Position numbers and translations under genes: made by a program. From Marsupella aquatica (lineage: Eukaryota; Plantae; Marchantiophyta), in contig OZ316891.1 of NCBI GenBank assembly GCA_973895155.1, positions 24,303,899-24,367,898 of the forward strand: DNA of 64,000 nucleotides, in the 5' to 3' direction. Of this stretch, positions 49,101-60,162 are shown piece after piece (the stretch's first letter is position 1; each line of letters starts with the position of its first letter). A model generated the notes under the pieces. The model saw only the letters and a list, made by a program, of their open reading frames with translations, did no database searches and was not told the origin of the DNA.

Positions 49101-50885
49101 GAGCTTGCGTCCCTGACGGCCAGCTTCAAGGCCGACCTAAGGGAGAAGGACGAGATGCTCAAACAGACTTACGCCAAGATGAACCAGATGGAGTCTGTCA
49201 TCATTGCAGAGCTCGACAAGGAGCTAAGAGCAACCCAGGAGGAGAGGGCTACCTTGAAGAAGGAATTGGAGGAAGCCCACAGGGAGCAGGAGGAGGCCAA
49301 AAACGAGCTGGAGGGGGCACGTAAGGACCTGGATGAAACCCAAGAGGAGTTGGAGGAAATCACGAGGAAGATGGAGAACCTACAGCGGCGGGCCGACAAC
49401 CAAACAGAGCGGCTAAAGAAACAAGCCGCAGTATTTAAATGCTTAGCTGCAGCAGGTCCATCTCCCGTTGGGACAAACCAGTTACCAGGGGTGGTAATTG
49501 CCGAAGGACAAGCCGCGTCAACTGCACCAGTGCCGGAAGTAAGTGGGAAGGGGAAGGGACCAGCTGCCGAGCCACCAACGAAGAAGAAGCGGAAACCTTC
49601 AGGGTCAAGGAGTAATACGACTTCACAGGCTGTGGTGATCAAGGAGGTAGACCCAGCACCGACCCCAGACAGGGTCACGGCTAAGGATCCAACTACCCTA
49701 GGGGAAGGGGAGGCCGAAGCCGTGGGGGTGGCTGAGGCCGAAGCCGAGGGAGTGGCTGAAGCCGAAGCCGTGGGAGTGGCTGAGGCCGAAGCCGTGGGTA
49801 TTGCCGAGGCCGGTGTCGAGGCTGAAGCCGAAGGTGGACCCAGTCAGGCCGAGGGAGAGTTGACTCGGTCAAGGGCAGGTAATCTGTCAGTAGGTGGGCC
49901 AACGGCAGTGGCTGAGGAGGAAGTGTTGGGGGCGTCCATTGAGGATCCACCACTGGTGTCGTGATGGTGCAAGGGCGCCGTTCCTTTTAGGGAGGGCGGA
50001 CGTGGAGGGAGGAGGCGTGAGTGGGCAGGGCGGGCGCGGATCTCCACGTTTAGGATTAGGATCAGAACCAGGAGCGGCCCTGACACTTAGCTTAGTGGGA
50101 TTGCGGTCCCACTGGTAGGAGCAACACTTGTGCTCCTGCCTTGCTGTACATAGGTAGATTCGGGCAAGTAGATTACTGTCAGGTAGATTAGGCTTACGAT
50201 GCAAAGAATGACGGATCCACTACCAGGATAAGTACCTGGGCAGCGGGGAGCTCAGGGCCTCTTCTTTAGCAAGTTTTTAGTTTGCACCAGCCGGGCTGGG
50301 ATCAAGTAGTACGAGAAGCTCTCGGTTAGTCATACAGTGACCCTTGTGTATATTCATGTTTCCTCATGCCTAAGAGCTGAATAGAGTTGGCCTCACGGCT
50401 TAGTTCGCAGAACTTGTGTATGAGATGTACTGTTTGTATGGCAAGTGCATGGTATGACTCAGTCAGAATGAGTCATTTTGCTATTTGTGTGTCGCATTAA
50501 CTTGTGTGAAGAGTGCCCACATCAACAGAAGGAAGGAAAGTAAGCAGGGGAGTGAGAGTTGGATGTGTCGAGCTGAGAGAGGTCTTAGCGGCTTAACCAA
50601 GCCTATTGGGGATCATTCCGGCGGCGGAATCCAAACATACCTAACAAGACGGAGGGGAAGACAGGGGAAGACAGGGGAAGGCCTATATTAGGCCGGCTAC
50701 GTATCTCATGACCCGATGAAGGATCTGTCCAGTATATGTGTGTCAAATGTTAATAGTAGTAGTAGAAGGTTAGCAGCGTCCCATGCCGCTAAGCCGCGGA
50801 AACGGCCTCGCCAAGCACGAAACCTGCGGGAATCGGCTTGAGCTGGGGGGTTTCTTGGGTTTAGGGAGCCATGGGACGCACCACA
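46196..50885 (+). mobile_element. Solo LTR D (4690 bp)
   Basis: TGTGATGCC...GCACCACA termini and a perfect TSD GGAGG (46191-95 and 50886-90). Confidence 0.9.
46569..49964 (+). CDS. Intact LTR-encoded 1131-aa protein: N-terminal globular domain, plant-transposon accessory (PMD-like) domain, ~260-aa coiled coil, NLS-like KKKRK, AEAVGVAE repeats
   Basis: Uninterrupted ORF. FVRLPW...LLEFVGSW...IYGKDFYLTPKVIAEVFGLP resembles plant retroelement extra-ORF domains (family assignment is inference). TATAAA at 46290. Confidence 0.85.
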   Translation: MSNVNQAAHFWGCLFERATEYIKTYEDEESERATRERQELARLWELQKTAFLGGKLIKDEFLWTPTSNQLDDLLFCKDSVVGIREAIKNCNDIHWELKGSTERWTRATVLGETSTAAEMKRKGAVNDEATPAKRTRSAAPKKPAEQQSRRQGEAEEEEVDPIKAIPTRDDTWKGWAATLPVEVQLHFAREEDACFTAMQTKKYQGFMAGSGLEAFVRLPWLKPEVPESDLLEFVGSWEPETNCTRIYGKDFYLTPKVIAEVFGLPIGNKTKVDTRKTLPDKEFRSFPGPSTKNGFFRNTCTNPHIGEMIDFLRVTMHCNLPRAEIGKAQVYLAERPDPSRDYNGYLLNQLKKILKEEQQVIGMGSVSRLGYHMPLLCRYARGQTFAPVLPLQVRAPKEAPTPRPLAEKPQPPVSPTIEQVFRPRKEDLPMQQPGMQSLLKLLEKEKKSASATTTTTATATMQDTTTEVGLHRLTRENPFAGNKERIRPESKPGVRMYVGTSSSESEAELPEAPTEEEEREKPDVQEVEEAVEDCSHDNSEYGSDHHVPGVRTCGRFVPTLPRVVRGDPNQQSSPESPPPDVAPPSFDGIKQTVQEFQERIKQEEEAALAKEKDLPGGDWPEDIRRLAEKGSKPLATIEEIRRTAWEQRPRWAMPITSTYSTYAKNRAMEYGEMCGELALGIFGEELEVGPFFHREQLEKHQLEEAVALERSKKDEVIRRLRRMEAEIEDLRAAKKAQDELRIKRHELNIMQGQLDTAQADNQNIKDKLTQTQEELADTIKEREKWKQELKNTEEAHITANSRAMAETQRKEWALKGELEKIRGALEQKEVELGKSYQGIMALQQELASLTASFKADLREKDEMLKQTYAKMNQMESVIIAELDKELRATQEERATLKKELEEAHREQEEAKNELEGARKDLDETQEELEEITRKMENLQRRADNQTERLKKQAAVFKCLAAAGPSPVGTNQLPGVVIAEGQAASTAPVPEVSGKGKGPAAEPPTKKKRKPSGSRSNTTSQAVVIKEVDPAPTPDRVTAKDPTTLGEGEAEAVGVAEAEAEGVAEAEAVGVAEAEAVGIAEAGVEAEAEGGPSQAEGELTRSRAGNLSVGGPTAVAEEEVLGASIEDPPLVS

Positions 50886-53800
50886 GGAGGTGGAGGAGGG
50901 CGAGAGGCCTCTAAACATACGACGCCACGGGAGGAGGTCGGCAACACAGGCAACACGAGAACGGGACCATTCCCCTATCAAGGAGCCAGAGGTAGTCGCA
51001 TATGATGTAGTGAGAAATCCATTGCGCCGGCCTACTCGTAATAATCCATATGCAGGCATCCAATTGGTCGAGAGGAAGATGACTGCCGAAGAGAGAAAGA
51101 AATATGACGGGCGAATGGATTCAGAGACAGATGAGGAGGTAAGTCGAAGCCAGGAGAGGCCGGTAGTAAGAGCTTCTAGCAGAGCCCATGTGGAGGGACC
51201 CGTGGAGGAAGGTCAACCAGCAGCAGCCCAACAATATTCAGAGGAAGAGATCGGGGGCTTTGGAGGAGAGGCCGGCATGCTAGGTAGTCAAGTTAATGAG
51301 GATGATTACGACGATGACTATGTCGATCACGGGGAGAGGCCGGTACCAGGAGTTAGAAGGATGGGAAGGTTTTGTAGAAGACTTCCCGCGGTCTTCTATG
51401 GCAAGCCGGAGGACCAGAAAACACCAGAATCTCCTCCATCAGATGTGACGCCATTGGAATTTGACAAGATGAAGGAAGTTGAAGCCGGACTACATGAGAA
51501 GATTAAGGAGTGGGGGGCCCGGAATGCAGAACAGGAATGCCAGCTACCAGGAGGAGAGTGGTCGGAAGAAATAAGATAGCTTAGTAAGAGGCAAGCCAAA
51601 CCTCTCACTGACTTTGATCAATTACGGGCAGAGGCTTGGGAGAGACGACCTCGATGGCAAATGCCAGTATCACCTGGGAGGTCAAACTATGCAAGAAATC
51701 AGGCTAAGGAGTATGGAGACATGTGTGGACTTTTAGCCTTAGAAATCTTTGGCAACGAGTTAGAATCCGGGCCATTTCTTAGAAAAGAAATGGCTGATCA
51801 GACGAGACTGGAGGAGGCAATGACATTGGAGTGATTGAAGAAGGAGGAAGTGATCGCTCGGCTTTGCGGCATGAAAGCAGAGGTGGCTAATTCAAGGGTG
51901 AATCAACAAGCACAAGAGGATCTCTTGGCTAAGCAACAGGAATTGGAAGTGGCAAACAACCAATTGGGAAACTACCAATTGGATAACCAGCAGATCAAGG
52001 AAAAGTTGACGAAGGTAGAGCTGGAGTTAGCCGATTCAAAAGTAGAAGTACAGGGTTTAAATCGCCAAGTCGAGAGGCTCAAAAAGACGGCTAAGGAGCA
52101 GGCCACCCAGAGCAAGAAGGCCTTGGCTGAAGCCCAAAGGAAGTATGACAAGTTACTCAACCGGTTGGAGGCCATGCGTGAGAAGCATGATGACGCCATG
52201 TGCACAGCGGCCAATGAACACCTAAACCGGGTTCAACAGATACTCAAGGAGCTTCAGGAGGAGCTAACCAGGACAAAGCAGGCATGGACGGACGAGGTCA
52301 CAAAATTGGAACTTATCAACGACTCCTTGAAGGCAGCCAAAGATAAGCAAGAGGTGGAGGTCGTGCAGATCTTAAATGAGGAGCTGAAGACGGCCAGGGC
52401 CGAGATACTACGGCTTAACGATGAAGTTGAAGACGTATCTCAGGAATTGGAGGAGGCCAAGGATAAGATGATCGGGTTGCAGAGGCGTGCCGACAATCAA
52501 ACGGATAAATTGAAGAAGTATGCCAAAGTGGGATATGGGTCACCAACTGAAAGGCTTCCCGTCAACAGTATGGTAAGCGGAGTTATAGTAAAACCAAAGC
52601 CAAAGCCGAGCTCACTGTTGTCAAGCGTGACTAGGGGCAAAGCCATACAGTTGGTGGCAGATTTGGCAAAAACATTTATGGGGCCGAGCGATAATAAAGT
52701 TAAGGCCCTTAAAGCCACTCCGGAGGAAGTCGAGAGCATGGCCGCTCACATTTGTGGTACTGTGGCCCTGAAGGTAGTTGTGGTAGAAGTAAGTACTGCT
52801 GATCAACTTGGAGTTGCGGTAACAAGATCAGACGATGGTACTGCTTCTATGGACGCCCAAAACGTGAAGCCGTGGGTTCTCGAGACCGAGCGCATCGAGG
52901 AGCAGGATTGGATTGAGGAAGTTAAGGTAAAAGCTCTCCAGGCCGTTACAGAGGAGGAGGAAGCCAAGGCCGAACCCGAAGTCGTAGTTAACGTGGCCAA
53001 AGGAAGTCAGCCAAAACCAAGTACAAGGAAAGGTGCAGAGTCAGACGGCTCGGGATTACCACCGGTCATCTGACAATTAAGGCGGGCCAGTCGTCAGTTG
53101 GAATGAGGACGTGGCGGAAGGAGAAGGGCTTGGGCCAGGAGGGCGCGGCCGTTGTAGGATGTGGACAGGGCAAGTAGCGCCCTGTCGGCTTGAATAGTTT
53201 GATTAATGTTTGAGGTCCGGATCCATCGGGTTTCCGGCTTGGCAGATTAGTCTTGTTTTTGGTTAATTTGGGATTATCACGGTGGCAGGTCAGGATTGCT
53301 GGGGTAGGCTTTCTGCGCTTCTTTCAGTCATGCTGCAAGGATAAAAACCCAGGCAGCGTGGCGGGGGGGTTTCTTAGTCAAGGCTTTAGTGTAAATCTGT
53401 ATTGTTGTGAGCACAGGAAGCTCTCGGCTAAATCTAGACCGCAGGGTATCAGTAAACCACCAGTTCCCTTGGATTTCTGAGCAATTGTTTGAATTGAGTT
53501 GGCCTCATTGCCTAGTTCGCAGATTCTTGCCATCCAAGAAGTTGAGTGTTGTGATATCTGTTGCTTGATCGATTTAAGTCAGATAGGATGAACTGTTGAG
53601 CAAAATACAATCGCATTGTCTTGATTGGAGACTGCCCAATCAAACTCTGAGAGAAAAGTGAGGATTGAGAGTGTTAGTTGGTGAAGTGTGGGTTGAGTCA
53701 GTCTGAAAAAGACCTTCAGTCGGCTCAAGAAATTAAGCCGTAGAGGTACATTTTGGGGGCGGAATACAAATATACCTGAAGAAGTTCAAGAGGAATTAGG

Positions 53801-55101
53801 TGTCTTAGTTGTGCACAATTCACAAGCCTAGTGAAAGAATCGGTCCGGTAAGTGTGGATCAAAGGAGAGTATCCCGTTTCCAAGCCGAATAGCTACCATA
53901 CGGCAAGAGGACGGACATAAACAAGTGGTTTACAATTGTTTGAGGGTAGTTCTTGGGGTTAGAGGTCTTGGGAAACGCGCCACAACCAGATCCTCCACTA
54001 GAACATGTTGGGGAGGCCAAAGCCATATCAAAGGCCGTGACCGATGCTGGGGCCGAAGCCGAGGGTGGACCCAGTCAAGTTGATGAAGAGTTGACTCAGT
54101 CCGGGGTAGGTAATCTGTCAGAGGATGGACCAACGGCAGTGGCTGCGAGGGAAGCGTTGGGGGCGTCCATTGAGGATCTGCCACCGGTGTCGTGACGGTG
54201 CAAGGGCGTCGTTCCTTTAAGGAAGGGCGGACGTAGAGGTAGGAGGCGTGAGTGGGCAGGGCGGGCTCAGATCTCCAAGTTTAGGATTAGGATCAAGACC
54301 AGGAGACGGCCCTAACACTTAGATTAGTGGGATGGCGGATCCACTGGTAGGAGCAACACTTGTGCTCCTGCCTTGTTGTACAGTTAGGTAGATTACAGGT
54401 AGGATAGATTAAGCTTACGCAGCAAAGTTTTGGACCGATCCGCTGCCAGGATAAATACCTAGGCAGCGGGGAGTCCAGGGCCTCTTCTTTAGCAAGTTTT
54501 TAGTTGCACCAGCAGGGCTGGGATCAAGTAGTAAGAGAAGCTCTCGGTTAGTTATACAGTGACCCTTGTGTATATTCATGTTTCTCATGCCTAAGAACTG
54601 AATAGAGTTGGCCTCACAGCTTAGTTCGCAAAGCTTGTGTATGAGATGTACTGTTTGTATGGCAAGTGCATGGTATAACTCAGTCAAAAGGAGTCATTTT
54701 GCTATTTGTGCGTCGCATTAACTTGTGTGAAGAGTGCCCACATCAATGAAGGGAAGTAGCAAGGGAGTGAGAGTTGGATGTGTCGAGCTGAGAGAGGTCT
54801 TAGCGGCTTAACCAAGCCAATTGGGGATCATTCCGGCGGCGGAATCCAAACATACCTAATGGAAGACCAGGAGAGGAATACAAGGGAGGGCCTAGAATAG
54901 GTCGGCTAAGTATCTCATGACCCGATGAAGGATCTGTCCAGTATATGTGTGTAAAATATTAATAGTAGTTGAAGGAGAGTTAGCAGCGTCCCATGCCGCT
55001 AAGCCATGGAAACGGCCTTGCCAAGGACAAAACCTACGGGAATTGGCTTGAGCAAGGGGGTTTTCTTGGGTTTGGGGAGCCATGGGACGCACCACATTGA
55101 G

Positions 55102-57411
55102 GGTTCCAAGTATCTTATGATGGAGCGTGAGTCAAATCCAACATAGATGCCTCGTTGTCTTTGTGGTCCCATTTTAGTTTGTTTAGGACCTAAAATTGGT
55201 ACAAGTACCAGGCAACCGAATGTTCGTAGATGTGTGATGTCAGGTGGCAATCCATATGCCAGGAAATGGGGAGTTTGGGAATTAAATGATGATGGTCTCA
55301 ATCTGAGGAGGGCGGCAGCATGTAGGACCGCATGGCCCAAGGCTGATGCTGGTAAGTGAGACTGCATCAGTAGGGGTCTGGCCACCATTTGTATAATTAT
55401 GCTTAATTACGGATTCAGCAATGCCATTCTGAAAATGAACATGTGCAACAGGATATTTAGTGTCGATACCCGCAGTTTCACAGAAGTCATCGAAAGTTTT
55501 TGATGTAAATTCCCCCGCGTTATCAACTCTAATTTTTTTTATTGGGTTCTCTGGGAATTGATGTTTTAATTTCAGGATATGTGATAAAATCCTCGGGAAA
55601 ACAAGATTCCTGGTGGAAAGCAGTGAGACCTGTGACCACTTGGTGGAGGCATCTATGATAACCAGGAAATATCTGAATGGGCCAGAAGGAGGGTCGATTG
55701 GGCCACAGACACTGCTTGTATCCTCTCTAGGAATTGTGGGATCTGATGTATTGTCTTTGACGGTGATGGATGAGTCACCATTTTTCCTTGTGAGCATGCT
55801 ATACAAGGTCGGATAGATGCTGAAGGGTGAACGCCTTGAGGTATACCAACGGTAGCTTTTAAGATATTGTGGTACATTGTTGTACCAGGATGTCTGAGAC
55901 GATTGTGCCATCTCTATGTTAAGGTAATTGAGGTGATCTCCGTATGATAAGAATATATTCGGGTGATGTAGAGTCCGGGAGGATATATGGGTAGTATTTC
56001 GCGGACTAATCTCCCTGATTTGGTGTTCTCCAGGATATGCAAGACTTCACGGTTTCCACAGGTGTCTATGTGAATATCAAATCTGTTAGCACGTATGTCA
56101 CTAAAACTTATAAGGTTTCTAGTGGCCGTGGTGCATAAATTGCTGAGTCGATTTGAATAATTGTTCCCTTTGGAAATCTGACTTTTGCTGGACCATAACC
56201 TTCCTCTATGTAATTAGATCCAGTGATTGTTGTCATGGATCGATGGGATGGTGTTATACTGAGGAAGTAGTCTTTGTGGCGCAGGATTGAATGAGATGTG
56301 CCGCTATCAACAATACAATTGTGATGATCGTCCAGAAGAGAGGGATTAGATCCTAATCGGGCAGTATGGACCTCAGGTGCTACTTGGCCTGGTGCATAGT
56401 CCTCAATGTTATCTGTAGTTTCCATGTAGTTACCATAGGCTTCATTACTGGGTGTTTCCATGCTTTGCTTGTAAAGTTTGACAAAATGGGCAGGTACTCG
56501 ACAATCTCTCTGTAAGTGTCCTTTTGTGCCGCACCTGAAGCATTCTGCAGAGTTATCGTTCTCTCTTATCCAATTATTGTATCCCCTTCCGCGGCCTCCC
56601 CCTCAGCCTCTGTCTCTGTATCCACCACCTCGTCCTCGTTGTCCACCTCTTCAATTAAAATTTCCAAAGGTTTGGCCTCCCCTTTCAGGTTGATCATTGC
56701 CCCTGCCTCGTTGTTGATTTCTTCCTCGGCCATAGGTTTGTCCTCTCCTCCCCCTGAAATTTCCATGTCCTCTGCCTCTTGCTTTATCATTCTGTCGATT
56801 GAAGTTGATTTCAGGTTTAGGTGGGGGTGCGGCAGACCCTGGTGGGCGAGATTTTGCATTTTCCAGGAGGAGTAATTGATGCTTCTTTGAAGAAGCATAT
56901 GAGCAATGAGCTCTGAATATTTTGTAAATCCCATATTTTTGTATTGTGATGCAAGGAGTAGATTTCATGCGCTGAACGTTGATAGGGTGCATTCGATTTG
57001 CTCCTCGTCGCCAACGGGGTGGCCATAGACTGCTAGCTGTGAGATAATTTGGAAGAGTTCGCCATTGTAATTGGATATAGAAGTATGGTCCTGTACCCGC
57101 AATTTTATGTAATCATGGCGGGCGGCTGGCAGGGAAACTAGTCGCATGTGATCGAACCTTAATTTCAGATCCTCCCAGAGGATTCGGGGGTTGAATTGAT
57201 TTAGGTATTGGATCTTGAGTGGCTCTGCAAGATGGTGGCGTATAAAGATTAATGCTCTTGCCTTTTGCTGTAAAGTTAGGCCTGCATCAGTTAAAATTGC
57301 GTCCTGAAGGTCTTTTGATGCCAGATATGCTTCAACGTCCAGTGACCATGATAAATAATTTGCGCCATCAATGGTTAGGGCCTTAAATTGAAGCTTCTTG
57401 ATCAAATTCAT
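55102..57411 (-). pseudogene. Copia gag, protease remnant and integrase core
   Basis: Bianca-like Gag, CIVDSGTSHSIL, CIACSQGK, CGPIDPPSGPFRYFLVIID, IRVDNAGEF, QNGIAES, HLRTFGC. Frameshifted. Confidence 0.88.
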
Positions 57412-57779
57412 GTTTGTAAGTTTACAATGTTTATGATGATCAGAATATAAATTGAGTTATATTCAGGAATCGAAGAGTTATGATCTGTCGTGAGATGATA
57501 ATTCAAATGCAAAGGAATTTTGAGAAACTTCCTTGTGTTGATCAAATGTGCAAGATCTATCGTGTATATTGTTGTCCGGATGCTTGCGCTCCTGTTTCTT
57601 CAATTTTGATTTCGCGCATGTATAATGGATTTTGATTCACTCAAGAATGTAAAGTATGCAACTTGATTCAATGAATATGGTTGGATAAAAAAAATTGTTA
57701 CATGCTACGAGTCACTGGCCATAAGCTTCATTCCATGGAAGGATGAGTAATTGAAAAAACTTTTGCTCAGATTGGAGAG

Positions 57780-57793
57780 TCGTGCGGATAACG
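57780..57793 (-). other. Non-canonical PBS (half-tRNA type)
   Basis: The - strand reads CGTTATCCGCACGA directly after the 5' LTR, with no TGG. It resembles the complement of the tRNA-Ile anticodon arm (GTCGTGCTAATAACG). Confidence 0.6.
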
Positions 57794-57967
57794 TATTATG
57801 CACACCATAGACAACAATACACCGGCAAGCTCACTTCCTTCTCACTCATTGTGGGAGTGTAAATAACTCCTATATAGTACATGGTATGGTGGTTATGTAA
57901 CCGCCTCAACTCCCTATATACTAGGGTGAGTCTAGGTAATCAGGGTTAGGGTTTATCCCTTACAACA
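57794..57967 (-). repeat. Copia 5' LTR
   Basis: Matches 27031-27205 and is followed by the TSD CTTAC. Confidence 0.9.
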
Positions 57968-58548
57968 CTTACTTTTGATATTAAAAAACCCTATAGTTCT
58001 TATAATTCTTAAAATTGGATTAAAACACCCCTATATTTCTTCAACAAAATTGTAAAGTCTTCCACGCATTTGAATTAAAAAACCCCTAACTTCTTCGCGC
58101 GCGATGGGTCGGAAGAAAAGAAGTGAGGACCTGAGATTTTTCCATTGTGAAGCTAAAGGAAATTTTAATTTACATGAATGTTGTTGTGGATTCCTATTTT
58201 TCAAAGACCATTGCTCTTGCTATAAAAAGTGTTATTGTTATAGAGCTACTTAAGATTTTACTTTTGGGGAGTATTGTTGATGAATCATATTTTTCAGAGA
58301 GCAATAAAGAGTGTTTTTTTTTCTACAGAGCTATCGGAAATCATGTTGTTCATATGGCGCTGCTCTTGTTACAAGGAGCACTTCAAATACTTTGCCGCTA
58401 CAGAAACTACAGGAAATGTTACATGTGCATCTTCACTCTCTATTCTATATACATTCTTAATTTCAATTTTTGGTGTTCTGTTCTTACCGTGACAGAATTT
58501 GGTGCACATTATGTTCTTACCGTGACAAAAATGTACATTGTTCACCTT

Positions 58549-58625
58549 AATTAGTGTGACTAACACTAATTTGAGAGCGCCCATTTTTAGGGTCTACTCG
58601 CGAATTAGTGTTAGTCACACTAATT
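58549..58625. repeat. 23-bp perfect inverted repeat with a 31-bp spacer
   Basis: AATTAGTGTGACTAACACTAATT and AATTAGTGTTAGTCACACTAATT. Confidence 0.75.
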
Positions 58626-58752
58626 TTGTGCTAACACTATTTTGAAATGTTTAAAGTATCATAAACCTACCCACATATCAACAAGCTCCAACTACAGTGA
58701 AAAAAATTATGGAATACAAAGCGCTTACTTACGAGGGAACATCTTGTAGGCC

Positions 58753-58844
58753 AGTAACAATGAAATCACCTCAAGATCCTTGACGGGAAGTGAATGGGAG
58801 TAACAATGAAATCACCTCAAGATCCTTGATGGGAAGTGAATGGG
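58753..58844. repeat. 46-bp tandem duplication
   Basis: AGTAACAATGAAATCACCTCAAGATCCTTGAYGGGAAGTGAATGGG occurs twice. Confidence 0.8.
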
Positions 58845-60162
58845 AGAGCTGGGTAGGTCTAGGGTTCACCGAGGCACTGGCCCAGGCAAAGGAGCTTATT
58901 TGGGAACGACATATATCATGGGGGGGATGAAGGACAGAAATGTAATGGACCTCACCCCCCATAGTTTCAGAGAGGTGTTGATTCTTCTACCTGACCTGAG
59001 CCTGTGAGGGATCAACATTCCTCGTTCCAAAAGGAAGGAGGTAGTATCGTGCTGCAACTCAATTTGCTTTGATGTGAGATGCAAACCCATGAACACCTGG
59101 CAGGTCTTGATTATCAGTAACACATGGAACCTTCGTGATGATCGATAGAAAATCAGTGCCCGAGTTAAGGAGGAGCTAACCAGGTGGACATGTGTCTCCT
59201 CAAGAGAAGCAAGCAATCAATCTTCCTTTTACCTTCTCCCCAGAGAAACCAACGTTCCAACAGGACCAATTCACTGAAAAAGTCTTACAAAGAACAGTGG
59301 AGTAAAAGCAATAAAGTTCCAGAGAGGACACATGTCAAACAAGTGCTCCACACAAGTAAAGATGTTTGTTGTAGTCCACTGCTGTGCACTGAGGTATTCT
59401 ATTGTGCGAGCAAACAGGAGTTTTGCTAGCGAGGACAGCAGGCTAGCGAGGCAAGTTTGTGCGTAACTTCAGGGTAGTTCAGGCTGATCCCCAAGTAAGA
59501 TTGTCGATATATATTGTGAAACAGTTACGGAAAATGAAAATGCAGATACTTAAATATTCACAAACGCAAAAATCTAGATCTTCACTACACTGAACTGAAT
59601 GAAAAGGCATCATCACTATGAACAAAACCAGGTCAAAAAACCTTTCACAATCCATCTTTAATAAAACTTTGGTATGACAAATATCTTCTGGAATGAGATT
59701 GCATCTGAAATTGACCATGAGTCATTGAGAATCCTCTAATTCCAAATCATCTAAGGAATTACTAGGATTGCTACTCGACTCCCTATCAGTCTCCTCAGCC
59801 GAATTGTCAACATACTGTGCTACAGTCCCAGCCTCATCATCTATGAATTGAGGGCAGTAAAGGGCTTTCCAAACACCCCTCACTGACCGCAGACCTTTCC
59901 CCTCCCAAGTCAAAACGATGGGCGCTTCATCAACCTCCTTTGCAGTCTTTTCAGCATAGCATGGAAGCGCAAATCCCTTCTCAGGGGTCACAAGAAAATG
60001 ATCCTCGATTTCTTTCCGAAGGCAGAATCTCTCCTCCAAAAACCAATCCGAACGCCTATCACTGAAGAAATCACCAGAATCGGATCAATACTACACATCC
60101 AAAAATTCTACAAACAAAATAAAAACACCAAATAGGGAGTTCTACATCAAAGGCCAAGTGCT

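Larger units (their letters stand above)
40213..53984 (+). mobile_element. Solo LTR B (about 4.58 kb of its own: 40213-41266, 45765-46195, 50891-53984), divergent family with a homologous degraded ORF
   Basis: TGTGATGCC...CGCGCCACA termini and TSD ACCGG/ACCAG. ORF pieces 40506.., 40749.., 45745.., 50890.. and 51835..53073 align with the 1131-aa protein. Confidence 0.82.
30536..55096 (+). mobile_element. Deleted Ty3/Gypsy element A with 4.4-kb ORF-bearing LTRs, inserted in Copia integrase
   Basis: TGTGATGCC...GCACCACA termini and TSD TTGGG/TTGAG. Removing it restores YLEPSTTDIFKA. PBS and gag are present and pol is missing. Confidence 0.85.
37172..55096 (+). repeat. 5'-truncated 3' LTR of A (37172-40212 plus 53990-55096), interrupted by a MITE and solo LTR B
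   Basis: Resumes at CCCTACCAGAGGAAG (= 31444 in the 5' LTR) and ends GCACCACA at 55096. Confidence 0.85.
27031..57967 (-). mobile_element. Ty1/Copia retrotransposon, Bianca-like, degenerate and interrupted
   Basis: LTRs of 175 and 174 bp, TSD CTTAC (27026-30 and 57968-72), TG...TA termini, order gag-INT-RT-RH, and a Bianca-type Gag start (LQFKALTIDGANYLSWSLDVE). Confidence 0.9.
26906..58135. mobile_element. MITE-like element (about 290 bp of its own: 26906-27030 plus 57973-58135), split by the Copia
   Basis: TIRs CTCGGGCCCCCAT and GTGAGGACCTGAG differ only by transitions. A perfect 8-bp TSD ATTTTTCC lies at 26898-26905 and 58136-58143. Confidence 0.7.

Noticed and set aside
46569-49964. Host SMC/myosin-like gene or retroviral env
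   Set aside because: It is intronless, bounded by LTR termini and a TSD, and multi-copy. I see no Walker A motif, signal peptide or transmembrane segment.
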